A stretch of DNA of 64,000 nt. It comes from Podarcis vaucheri. Its lineage: Eukaryota. Position numbers and translations under genes: made by a program. The notes beneath the pieces were generated by a model. The model worked only from the letters and a program-made list of their open reading frames with translations, made no database searches and was not told where the DNA came from. Shown here one piece after another: positions 1-10,075 of this stretch. Each line of letters opens with the position of its first letter. Positions within the stretch are counted from its first letter, which is position 1. Where the stretch lies: NCBI GenBank assembly GCA_965113315.1, contig OZ220371.1. One strand, written 5' to 3'.

Positions 1-1204
1 GGGTGTGGTGGGTGCGGGCTGCCCTGGGTGTCACCACTGAGAGGGGTGAAAAAATACCAGGCGGTACTCACCACCAGGGCCTGCAGCGTGCCTGAGCCAG
101 GCCTCTCTCCTGGAAGAGACGAAGTCGCTTGGGCGAGCGCAGGCTCTGTGCTGCCCAAACAGTCTCCCCCCCCCCGTTGTAGGGCGGCTAAGTGGGAGGA
201 GGCAGGCAGACTCCAGAGGCCCTGCAGTGCACCCCACCCCTATGGGAGGCTCGCCCCTCCCCTGGGCGCACTGCCTCAGGTGCCCGAGTGGCTTCCACCC
301 CCGCTGGTCTCTGGTGATCAGTAAGGAACCCAAGGCTGTGAATCCATATGCCACCCCATTCACAGGGCAGCCCAAGACATTTTGCTGCCTGAGGCGAAGG
401 GAAGGATGGTATCCCCTCTTGTTTGTGATCCCCTACAATGCAATACTATACTTATCAACTTCAATGTAAGCTCTGTTCAGTTCAGTGGCTGTTATTCTCA
501 GGTATGTATAATACAGAGCTGCAGCCTGTAAGAGAATTTAATAAAAATTCTCTTAGCATATGAATAACAATATAAATGGATATTTTTAGCTTTCATGTCT
601 AATAGCCAATTATAGACATCTTTCATGAGTTTAACTAATTCATCTTTTAAGGCTGGCACAGCTCACCATTGTGTGGGAATGAATTCAGCTAATTGTGTGT
701 TGTATTAATTCCCCACCCCCACCCCAATTTTATGTGCTAACGATACCAGCAAGCAATCTCATTGGATCATTCTGTAGTATTTTGATAGAATCCCCCCCCC
801 CCCGATTCAGTCTCTCTATATTTTTCAGTACTCAGATACATATATCACAATGAAGAAAATCTAAGGATAATGAACAGGGCTTTGAAAGGTCCTTTAGGAC
901 CCATTTGGATGAGAAAGCCAAAAGCTACAGAGAAGGAATGTGATGAGCTCCCCAATAAATAATTATATTTTATAGCTATCATTGCCCTAGTGAGCAATAC
1001 AGACACTAAATGAGATGTATGATTTCATTTTTTGTACTATTTTTATTCTCCAATTTTGACTGAAGAACATAGATTTAATTATATTGTCATTGCAAATGGC
1101 TAGGTAAACTTTTTTTAAAGCACTATATAAATTGCAAACATTAATATCGACAAGAGTTAGAAAGTGGAGGCAGGAAACAAGAAAGGTGACAAAGAACTTC
1201 ATCC

Positions 1205-1436
1205 ATATGGCACAGTGGTTAGAATGCCACACTAGAATTGGGAGAGATCCAAATTCAGATTCCCACTCAGCTAGGGAGCTCATAGGTTGCTCTTGGGCAA
1301 GTTACTATCTTTAGCCTGACCATCCTCACAGGCTTTTCGCGAGGGTAAAAGTACCTGGGGAAGGACCATTTATTCCATTTAAGCTCTTTGGAGGAAAAGG
1401 TGGGATATAAATGAAATCAATTGATAAATAAATAAA
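1205..1436 (+). mobile_element. Degenerate tRNA-head/CORE-type SINE (Squam2/MIR-like)
   Basis: A-box-like TGGCACAGTGGTTAGA, degenerate B-box region, CORE-like CTTGGGCAAGTTACT, L2-like tail GGAAAAGGTGGGATATAAAT...AATAAATAAA. Confidence 0.55.
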
Positions 1437-1689
1437 TTTATCCATGTATTGATACAAAGCTGTGAGTCCAGGGAAAATGAAAATGGACATCAGTTTTGTA
1501 GCAGCTTCCAGAACAGGTTTAATACCTGCCACTAGTTCCACTAAGTGAAATTAATGCAGTCCTGTAACAAGCAATAATGGGCATTGGGCCGTACAAATAT
1601 TTGGGCTAAGAAGATGTGGCCCCACCTGATATGTAAAGGAAGTGTGCTCACACATGATAATAAAAACAGTGGTCAAATGATTAGTTATA

Positions 1690-1915
1690 CAGTGGTACCT
1701 CTGGTTACGAACTTAATTCATTCTGGAGGTCCGTTCTTAACCTGAAACCATTCTTAACCTGAGGTACCAGTTTAGCTAATGGGGCCTCCCGCTCTCAGCG
1801 TGCCACCGGTGCACAATTTCTGTTCTCATCCTGAGGTAAAGTTCTTAACCCGAAGTACTACTTCTGGGTTAGTGGAGTCTATAACCCGAGGTGTTTGTAA
1901 CCCAAGGTACCACTG
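1690..1915. mobile_element. Tc1/mariner (Tigger/pogo-like) MITE, family A
   Basis: TIRs CAGTGGTACCT...AGGTACCACTG with TA on both sides (1688-89, 1916-17); five more copies in the window. Confidence 0.9.
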
Positions 1916-3281
1916 TATTTCTACACTTCCTTCCCTCCAAGACCCTCAAGACTGTGTACATTCTCCCCACTGCCCCATTTTTTCCTTGTTTGGAGGATTT
2001 GAACTTGGGTGACCCCACTCTTAGTCTGACTGCCTAACAACTGCACCACTCTGGTTTGAAGGAAAAGTCATCTTAGAGATCAGAATTTGCTTCTCCTATG
2101 CTTAGGCTGCTGTTGGAAATGGAAATCAACTCTACAGGTATTGAGCTCCCCTAGGTATTAGTGCAGAGGAGAGCCATGCTCACTCACCCCCTTCTTTCTG
2201 CTAGCCAGCCCCACCTTTGGAAATGGAGAGATCTGGTGGAGGGAGCTTGGTTCCTGTGCACTTTTTAACCCTGATTAAATCACACAGGGAGCCTATCAGG
2301 ATAGACTAGTTTTCTGTATACCCGAAGGAGCGTCTCCACCCCCATCATCCAGCCTGGTACGGTGAGTTGCTCAACCTCCAAATAGGGATTGAATCTATTT
2401 ATTTTTAGTTTGCAGTGTGGCTATGCCCATGGATCTACAGCAGCAGTTTCTGGACTTCACATGTTTCCATTTGGCTTGCCTGCATAACCCAAAATATAGT
2501 CTCTCCATTGGGTGGGTGGGAGATTTAATCGCATTTTGGTAAATTCAGTGTGCACAATCATATTTGATTGAGAGGTCTTACACAACAAATCTACTTCCCC
2601 CAAAAGATCAGATGTTGCGGGGAGAAGAAAAGTTAAGGAGGAAATGCACTGAGAAGTATGGGATAATGCTGGCTTTGATGCAACTGTGTCTAATCTCCCT
2701 ACAAACAAATCAGAATGATTTTTCAATAAGCAGGTCATCTAGAAGCACCCCCAAGTTCCATTCCATTGCCTTGGAAAGCACCCACCTCAAGAAACCATGG
2801 CCAGTAAGTAATGACTGAAATATCCACATGTGCTAAATATTTGCTTATATTCCTGGCTGTTTTTATTGTGACAGCTGTGTTTATTGTTTTCTTTCTCATT
2901 TTCTTTCTTTCTGCATTTCATAATTCCATTGTTTAGTTACTCTAGTGCACCTTGGTAGAAATGGGAGGGATTTCCTGTTTACGTTTGTGATTTGAAAGCC
3001 AATAAAAGATTATTGCAACCCTTCCCCACCAAAAAACAAAAGCAAAAAAACAAAAACCAGCGAATGAATCTTTGAACAAAGCAGCTCAGTTGTTTTTAAA
3101 AGCATTTAGCATGGCTTTGCAGCACAAGGTGACAGCAGAGGTTCCTGCATGGATGTGTGCTGCAAGGGCTTCTGAATGCATCAAAAGAATTTAAAGCAAG
3201 GCATCTGATGGATGGGAAGGACAATTCCTCCCTCCTTATCTTGAAAGAGAATAGCGCACTATTAGCACTTGAAAGAGAATA

Positions 3282-3499
3282 CAGTGGTACCTCGGGTTAC
3301 ATACGCTTCAGGTTACAGATTCTGCTAACCCAGAAATAGTATCTCAGGTTAAGAACTTCGCTTCAGGATGAGAACAGAAATTGTGCAGTGGCGGCAGCGG
3401 GAGGCCCCATTTGCTAAAGTGGTGCCTCAGGTTAAGAATAGCTTTGGATTAAGAACAGACCTCCGGAACGAATTAAGTTCTTAACCCGAGGTACCACTG
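3282..3499. mobile_element. Tc1/mariner MITE, family A
   Basis: TA-CAGTGGTACCTCGGGTTA...TAACCCGAGGTACCACTG-TA. Confidence 0.92.
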
Positions 3500-4411
3500 T
3501 AGAGCCTCCCAGACATGTGGAAGGACCCAGCAAAGGAAAAAAAAAGTGATTAGGATTAAGATTTCTTGGAGAATTACATAAGAATTTAATAGAACCCTGG
3601 TGAATCAGGCTAATGGCCCATCAGAACCATTACTACTTCCAAGTGTGGAGGCAGAGTATTGACTCGTCAAGTGGGATTCCAACTTTCCCCACATTTTGCC
3701 ATTCTCCAAATGTTACAGTGCACTTTTCAGCAGTTTCACAATGCATGTCTATGCATGCTTATTCAGCCTATTCAGTTCCACCAAGTTCAGTGGGAGTCTC
3801 TCCCAAGTAAATGGGTATATAGCTCAAAGGGCAAAGATATTTTTGTTTGCTAAAATTGTATCCTACCTTTTCACCAAACGGTGATGAAGTAGGCTAACAG
3901 CCGTAGAATACAAAATGTCAAAAACTTAAAAAGAGCTAGTAAAATTCATCAGTAACGAAAACAGCTGTCAGTTAAGTTGCAATGTATTTACAGAAGCCAT
4001 CACAAATCTGCTTATGAAGTGAAAGGCCGGTCTGAATATAAATGTCTCTATAGTGATGGCTCTGAACATTATCCAAATACACCTCAGAAAATGAATCTGG
4101 GCAGTTTTGAAAGGCTTGTTTCATTTAATCCAGACACTTTTATGCAAAGCACTATACAACTTCAGAATACGTGACATCATTGTGATGTCAGATGATCAAC
4201 ATTTAGGCAGCCCTGCCCAGCTGTCAAACTTGCCCTGTGTGTAGTAGGGAATTTAAGAACCCAGTTTCCTTACCCTACTTTAACCAAACAATATGCTGGA
4301 TCCTAATTCTTCATATCCCTCAAATTAGGTCTGCCGGTATCCATTTTTTGTTTGGTTTATCATTTTTTAGATAGATATCATTTTTTTAGATGCCTATAAT
4401 GTTGCTAACAG

Positions 4412-4535
4412 GTCTTCCAGTATCATATTTGCCCTTTTCTCTTATTGTCCCCAAACGGAGAGTTATCACTAGATTTGGATCAACCTCATACAGACACTGA
4501 GATGAAAGAAGAAAGTACCCTTCTTTGTGCCTTGG
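4412..4535 (+). CDS. Candidate internal exon of an unidentified host gene (VFQYHICPF...STLLCAL)
   Basis: CTAACAG acceptor (alternative in-frame CAG at 4418-4420), open frame, weak donor TGG|GTATCA in phase 1 matching the next candidate exon. Confidence 0.2.
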
Positions 4536-4864
4536 GTATCAGTCCGTTATTTCATTTATGCTCAGAATTCTGTAGCTAAGTTTTGATGTGCTCAGCGGAT
4601 ATACTGGCAATTTTATTTTATTTTTTGCAATAAACACAATTTTAAAATTCAGGGCAGCATTATAATAGCTTGGGGAAATATTTGACCTTCAATGTAATGA
4701 AATGTTTGGATGCTGCTCAATAACAATACCAGGGCAGATATGTTTACTTCCATGCCATTTCCCCCTGCTCAATACTGGTAGGGTTGGGTTGAATTGAAGA
4801 TGGCGTTGCAGCCGAATGCTTAATCATACTATGATTTTGGCTTCCCCATGTGTTTCCTATAAAG

Positions 4865-4917
4865 ATCCAGGCTCTAAGGAGTGCTATGTGATTGGCTGTC
4901 TGGAAAATGAAGACAAG
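4865..4917 (+). CDS. Candidate internal exon (DPGSKECYVIGCLENEDK)
   Basis: Pyrimidine-rich tract then AAG acceptor, donor AAG|GTGAAA; phase 1 in, phase 0 out. Confidence 0.3.
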
Positions 4918-5867
4918 GTGAAAACATGTTTTTTAAAAGTCTCTTTCTGCAGTGGCTTACGTACAGTAGCTAAGGTTGCAGCCTGTTATTCTAGCATGCT
5001 GTCTGGATGTGGAGAAACTTAACAATGTTCACACTGTAACTTTCCCTTGGCATGCCTTTAAAGTTTAAAGCCCCTTGGTGCATACAGTATGATACAAAAA
5101 CATGTTAAATATATGTCTGTGAAAGATCTGAGTGATGAAAAAGGTGAAAGAGGAATTCAGAACAATGTGCTTCTGTACTCTAGAGGGCAAAAAATGAAAA
5201 TAAAGGCTGTCAAAAATGAATTGTAAAGTACATGGGGAATATTTCCAAGTCTGAGAAAAGAAAAGGGGACTTTGATTTGAGGAATAAAATTATTGTGGAA
5301 CAGTAAATTCTCTTCCCATCAAACATTTTTAGAAGTTATCCTGTAAGTATATAGTTTATGGTGACTTGTACATAGGAATTCTGTATAGAGTGGCTACACT
5401 TAAAATAATGGAAATCAACAAGCATAAGTGCACTTGCAGAGGATCAAGCTGTTAGTCTGGTTAGCACCCCAGTTTATATGGATCAGCTAAAATGTCTGTA
5501 TTCCTACTTTGTGTTCTTTTATTGCATAAAAATATGTGTCATGGTGCACAATTGCTAGTTAGGGAAAATTAGGGAATACAAACAACTGCTGTTAAAAGAG
5601 CTGCTAACGCGGATATTGATTTTCAAATAGCTCTTTAAACTCAAATATTTATCTATGAGAAATACTCATTGTATAAGTAGTATCTCCTAAGCATATTTCA
5701 CCTGCATATTTTTACTCCCCAGAATCAAAATGCTGGGCCATAGACTGTCTAGAGAACACCAATATCTTACTAGTTATGTTCTTGAGTGCATCTCTTTAAA
5801 CGCTTATGATGTACACAGCAGGGAAATATTCAGTGATCATACTGCCAAATCCTATCTCATGTTGTAG

Positions 5868-5913
5868 GATCTTGAAAAAATTCAGGAGCTAAATGATCAA
5901 TTTCACAAAACAG
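5868..5913 (+). CDS. Candidate internal exon (DLEKIQELNDQFHKT)
   Basis: TTGTAG acceptor, CAG|GTGGGC donor; phase 0 in, phase 1 out; amphipathic-helix-like peptide. Confidence 0.35.
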
Positions 5914-6103
5914 GTGGGCATGTGTAATCTTCACACAGTCGAGAATTACTTCAATTACCTATTTATCTCAGGACTTTCGAATGGATTATGGCTGTGGGCA
6001 TGATTTTTTTTTTTTAAGTACTTAGTTTGTTCCCTAGTTGTTTATTATCAAAGAAATAATATTCAATTTGCTACCTGCATGCGTTGTTCTTTCTTTTTTG
6101 CAG

Positions 6104-6177
6104 TGGTTTTTGCTGCCATCTGTGCCTTGGTCATGATATCATTCTGGTGCATTGTGGGGAAAACGATACCAATATAA
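6104..6177 (+). CDS. Candidate terminal coding exon with a hydrophobic helix (VVFAAICALVMISFWCIVGKTIPI*)
   Basis: Strong acceptor TTGTTCTTTCTTTTTTGCAG; phase-1 join to the previous exon; TAA at 6175-6177. Confidence 0.35.
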
Positions 6178-6826
6178 AAAGTTTTTTAAAACCCTTGAAT
6201 ATCTTGAAGAACCTTATTGCTCTGACTACATTTGAGCATATAGATGTCAATATCATGTAGATACCTATTTGGACATAAGGAGGGCTTATATTATCCAGGG
6301 GGTTCCAGTATTTACCCAGCTATCTTGAAATGAAAGTCAATGGAGACTGTAGCATATGTTTTAATTTTTACATATATACAACTTGAGCATAGGATGGAAG
6401 GGATCAAACCACTAACACTTTAATAGATCTAGTTTCCCCATTAGGTTTCCAGGGAGATCCCCAAACCATAGGTGGAGTCCAGCACAGTGCAAGACAAAAC
6501 TCTGTGTCTCTACCTCTCATCGTCAGCCAAAAACTAGCCCCCACTTGACCTATTGTTCTCTATCCTAGGATGACATGGCACAAAGTCAAGAGGAGTGGTG
6601 GGGAATGCCTGTCCCTCCTGGAGAGCACCATCATTCAGTTGTCACTATGGAAACATGGGCCACTCTTTTAGTCATGCAAAATACGATGCTTCACTGAGCA
6701 GCCTAGGCCATTAGCCCAACAACCAATTGGTCTGACGGGATCAGCAGCTTCCTCTACTGGATTTTACACTTCTCATATACAGAATTACAGGCTTAGATGA
6801 GGCCCACAGATATCATCCAGTATTAT

Positions 6827-6830
<4 letters not shown>

Positions 6831-6868
<38 letters not shown>
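6831..6868. repeat. (AT)n microsatellite, left flank of the Penelope-like element
   Basis: Seen directly. Confidence 0.98.
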
Positions 6869-6871
<3 letters not shown>

Positions 6872-6920
6872 GGTTTTGGTGTCTTCGGGTGTCTTCCCGT
6901 GTAAGAGTCGGGGTGTCTGT

Positions 6921-6959
6921 GCGACGTTTCGACGAGGTCTCACTCGTCATCTTCAGGCT
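6921..6959 (-). ncRNA. Minimal hammerhead-ribozyme-like motif (left-arm copy)
   Basis: Exact reverse complement of 8501-8539. Confidence 0.65.
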
Positions 6960-7648
6960 GGTGCTTTCGGCTTCTTGTTACTGGAACAGAGCAGAATCTG
7001 GTGTTTGAGTTCCTATAAATACTGTTGAGGGGTGTGGTGTATAGCCTCCAACGTTCTGGGCAGAGAGGAAGTTCCTAGATTAGTGTGCCTCTTCTTCTTT
7101 TGTTCCTTAATTACTTGAGGGATATCTTGAGTGATTTCATGAGTGATATTCTGAATACCACTGGGTGGGTCATTAAGTGTAGATTAGTTGCTAAAGCTTT
7201 TGTGTCTTGACCTCTTGAGCTTGTGAAGAGTTTTTCTGAGAAGATGGCTGTGCTGCATTTAGTTGTGCTCTGGCTTGGCTTCATGTATAGGGGCGAGCTG
7301 TGGTTTTGTGCCTTGTGCCAGCCAGATCTGTGTAGGGATTGCAGGGGGGTGCAGCATCCGGAGGTGCCACTATAGTTTGGCTATTGGATGGAGTCTGTAA
7401 TATGTCTGTGGAGAGGGTCTGGGTTTGGGTCTGGTGTGGTTGATTGGTGACGGCGTTCTGTGTGCCTCTGGTTCTGGTGTCGGTTTTTGTGGGGAGGGCT
7501 AATTTCCAGATGTCTGGCAGGCGGGACGTGTCGTCACGCTTGTTCATGATTATTCTCTTGTGGTGATGTTCCATGTTAAAGAGCAATTTGGAATCTGCAA
7601 AATTAATTTCGTGTCCTGTTTCTTTCATGTGTTGGAAAAGAGAGGAAG

Positions 7649-8269
7649 TTGGAAAACCAAGGGGTCTATGAAATACCCTGCAAAGTCTGCCCAGCCACGT
7701 ACATTGGACAAACAAACAGACGAATAAATGCACGTATCGCAGAACACAAGAATGCCGTCAAAAAAGAAGAAAAAACTTCCTCTCTTTTCCAACACATGAA
7801 AGAAACAGGACACGAAATTAATTTTGCAGATTCCAAATTGCTCTTTAACATGGAACATCACCACAAGAGAATAATCATGGAAGCCATCGAGATAGAGAAA
7901 CACCCTCACAACATGAACAAGCGTGACGACACGTCCCGCCTGCCAGACATCTGGAAATTAGCCCTCCCCACAAAAACCGACACCAGAACCAGAGGCACAC
8001 AGAACGCCGTCACCAATCAACCACACCAGACCCAAACCCAGACCCTCTCCACAGACATATTACAGACTCCATCCAATAGCCAAACTATAGTGGCACCTCC
8101 GGATGCTGCACCCCCCTGCAATCCCTACACAGATCTGGCTGGCACAAGGCACAAAACCACAGCTCGCCCCTATACACGAAGCCAAGCCAGAGCACAACTA
8201 AATGCAGCACAGCCATCTTCTCAGAAAAACTCTTCACAAGCTCAAGAGGTCAAGACACAAAAGCTTTAG
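7649..8269 (+). pseudogene. C-terminal fragment of the PLE polyprotein: GIY-YIG endonuclease plus low-complexity tail, RT absent
   Basis: GVYEIPCKVCPATYIGQTNRRINARIAEH, SSLFQHMKETGH and EAIEI...NMNKRDD match PLE GIY-YIG motifs; no true ATG start. Confidence 0.9.
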
Positions 8270-8500
8270 CAACTAATCTACACTTAATGACCCACCCAGT
8301 GGTATTCAGAATATCACTCATGAAATCACTCAAGATATCCCTCAAGTAATTAAGGAACAAAAGAAGAAGAGGCACACTAATCTAGGAACTTCCTCTCTGC
8401 CCAGAACGTTGGAGGCTATACACCACACCCCTCAACAGTATTTATAGGAACTCAAACACCAGATTCTGCTCTGTTCCAGTAACAAGAAGCCGAAAGCACC

Positions 8501-8539
8501 AGCCTGAAGATGACGAGTGAGACCTCGTCGAAACGTCGC
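8501..8539 (+). ncRNA. Minimal type I hammerhead-ribozyme-like motif in the PLE pLTR
   Basis: CTGAAGA (8504-8510), T, stem II GACGAG/CTCGTC with 6-nt loop, GAAA (8530-8533), CGTC with palindromic ACGT; stem I only 2 bp. Confidence 0.65.
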
Positions 8540-8619
8540 ACAGACACCCCGACTCTTACACGGGAAGACACCCGAAGACACCAAAACCTGCATTCCTGTA
8601 CCCGTGAAAATCTACGAAA

Positions 8620-8621
<2 letters not shown>

Positions 8622-8672
<51 letters not shown>
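8622..8672. repeat. (AT)n microsatellite, right flank of the PLE
   Basis: Seen directly. Confidence 0.98.
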
Positions 8673-8678
<6 letters not shown>

Positions 8679-9054
8679 CTTTCCCTTTTCTCTCTTTAAT
8701 AATTTCCCCGTTTCTTTACTTCTTTAAATTTGAAAATTAAAAATTAATACAAAATAATTTTTAAAGCAGATACATTTAGACTCATTCCGTCACCTCTTAA
8801 AAGCAGCAGGGGCTCTTGAAAACTATTGATGCAGCTTCTGCAGAAATATATAATTACCTGACTCCAAGTAGTCTTCATGGCAATTCTCATCTGATAGTAA
8901 AGTACTTTCCTCTCTACTTTTCATAATGAATCACATAAAGGACTGGAGTCAACTATTCACAATACAGAGCCCTGTTTTGCCAATGACGCATGCACTCAAG
9001 AATATTGAAACTTTTAAGAAAGTTTGATAAACCCAGGCCAACACCATTGGTTGG

Positions 9055-10075
9055 GAATCTCCCAATTGGTGTAATGTTTATATGTTGTACTTTGAGACCA
9101 GTCTTCATTCTGCAGACTCCCAGTCAGAGTTCAGTCAGTCAACCAGATATAAATCCACCTAACAGTTACCTTGTTCAACCCACATTTTACCAGCTTCCTC
9201 ACAAGAATATCATGGGGGGGCTTTGTCAAAAGCTTTACTTAAATCAAGATACACTATGTCCACAGCATTCCCCTGATCCACCAAGCTTGTAACCCCATCA
9301 AAAAAGAAAATGAGATTTGTCTGGCATGAGTTGTTTTTGATAAACCACAGCATCCTTTTCTATGTGCTCACAGACCCACTGTTGAATTATCTGTTCTAGG
9401 AGCTGTCCTGGTATCAATATCAAGCTCACCAGTTGGTCTCCCCTGGGTCACCCCCACCCCGTTTGAAGCTGGTGGCCACATTTGCTTGCTTCCAGTCTGC
9501 AGGGACCAGCCATTGCATAACATACACACTCTGTCAAAATATACAGCCCATGTTCATTATGAAGTTTGGCCCACCTGAACTTCTCCCTGCAACCATTAGG
9601 TATTCATGTACGGTATACTCTTCCTTTGTTATTTCCCCTTTTCTCCATTTCTTATGCATGCCCTTCTTACATCTCAGCTCATCTGTAAGCTCCTTATACA
9701 GCCACACCACTGCCACTTTTCTTTCTTGTTGGAATTCTCTGCCTTTGTACCTTCAATATTTCACCTCTAAGAAGCCCATTCCTCTTGGATTCCCTTTTCT
9801 TTGAATATTTCTTACCCAGTATTTCTTTAAGCTTTTTGAAACCAGATTTCTTAAAGTCCAGAGTGCATGTCCAACTACATTCAGCTTTCCCTTGCCTCTA
9901 TATCATGAAACACAAGAGGACAGCATCACTTCCCCCCAAGGTTCCAAGTCATCTAGTTCCTCCTCCTCTCAGGCCCAAGAGGGATGATTCCCTTGTTACT
10001 TTTTCCACCTTCTGGGAAATGAAATTGTCAGCAAGACAACTGATGAATATGTGGGACCTCACGTTCTTGGCAAAA
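9055..10075 (-). mobile_element. Old, fragmented CR1 LINE ORF2 remnant
   Basis: Minus strand at about 9223-9272 reads GNAVDIVYLDLSKAFD; KKWRKGEITKEEY is also CR1-like. Confidence 0.8.

Larger units (their letters stand above)
6867..8621 (+). mobile_element. 5'-truncated Penelope-like retroelement (Penelope/Poseidon type) with inverted pseudo-LTR arrangement
   Basis: GIY-YIG ORF; left arm 6867-7650 is the reverse complement of 7774-8593; 28-nt one-sided tail 8594-8621; hammerhead-like motifs; (TA)n on both sides. Confidence 0.92.

Noticed and set aside
1-420. GC-rich start as a CpG-island promoter or coding exon
   Set aside because: Truncated by the window edge and resembles GC-rich non-autonomous DNA-transposon fragments; its ORFs have no recognisable motifs
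828-962. Possible exon (LRYIYHNEENLRIMNRALKGPLGPIW...)
   Set aside because: Ends in a stop upstream of the other candidate exons and has no supporting partner or recognisable homology
7281-7733. 150-aa minus-strand ORF that looks like a second nuclease gene
   Set aside because: It is the inverted PLE arm read through the junction; it lacks the GIY-YIG N-terminus and has the 12-aa deletion and a premature TGA
8510-8740. ORFs with YIYI, and elsewhere CVCV, IIII or NNNN runs
   Set aside because: Translations of microsatellites
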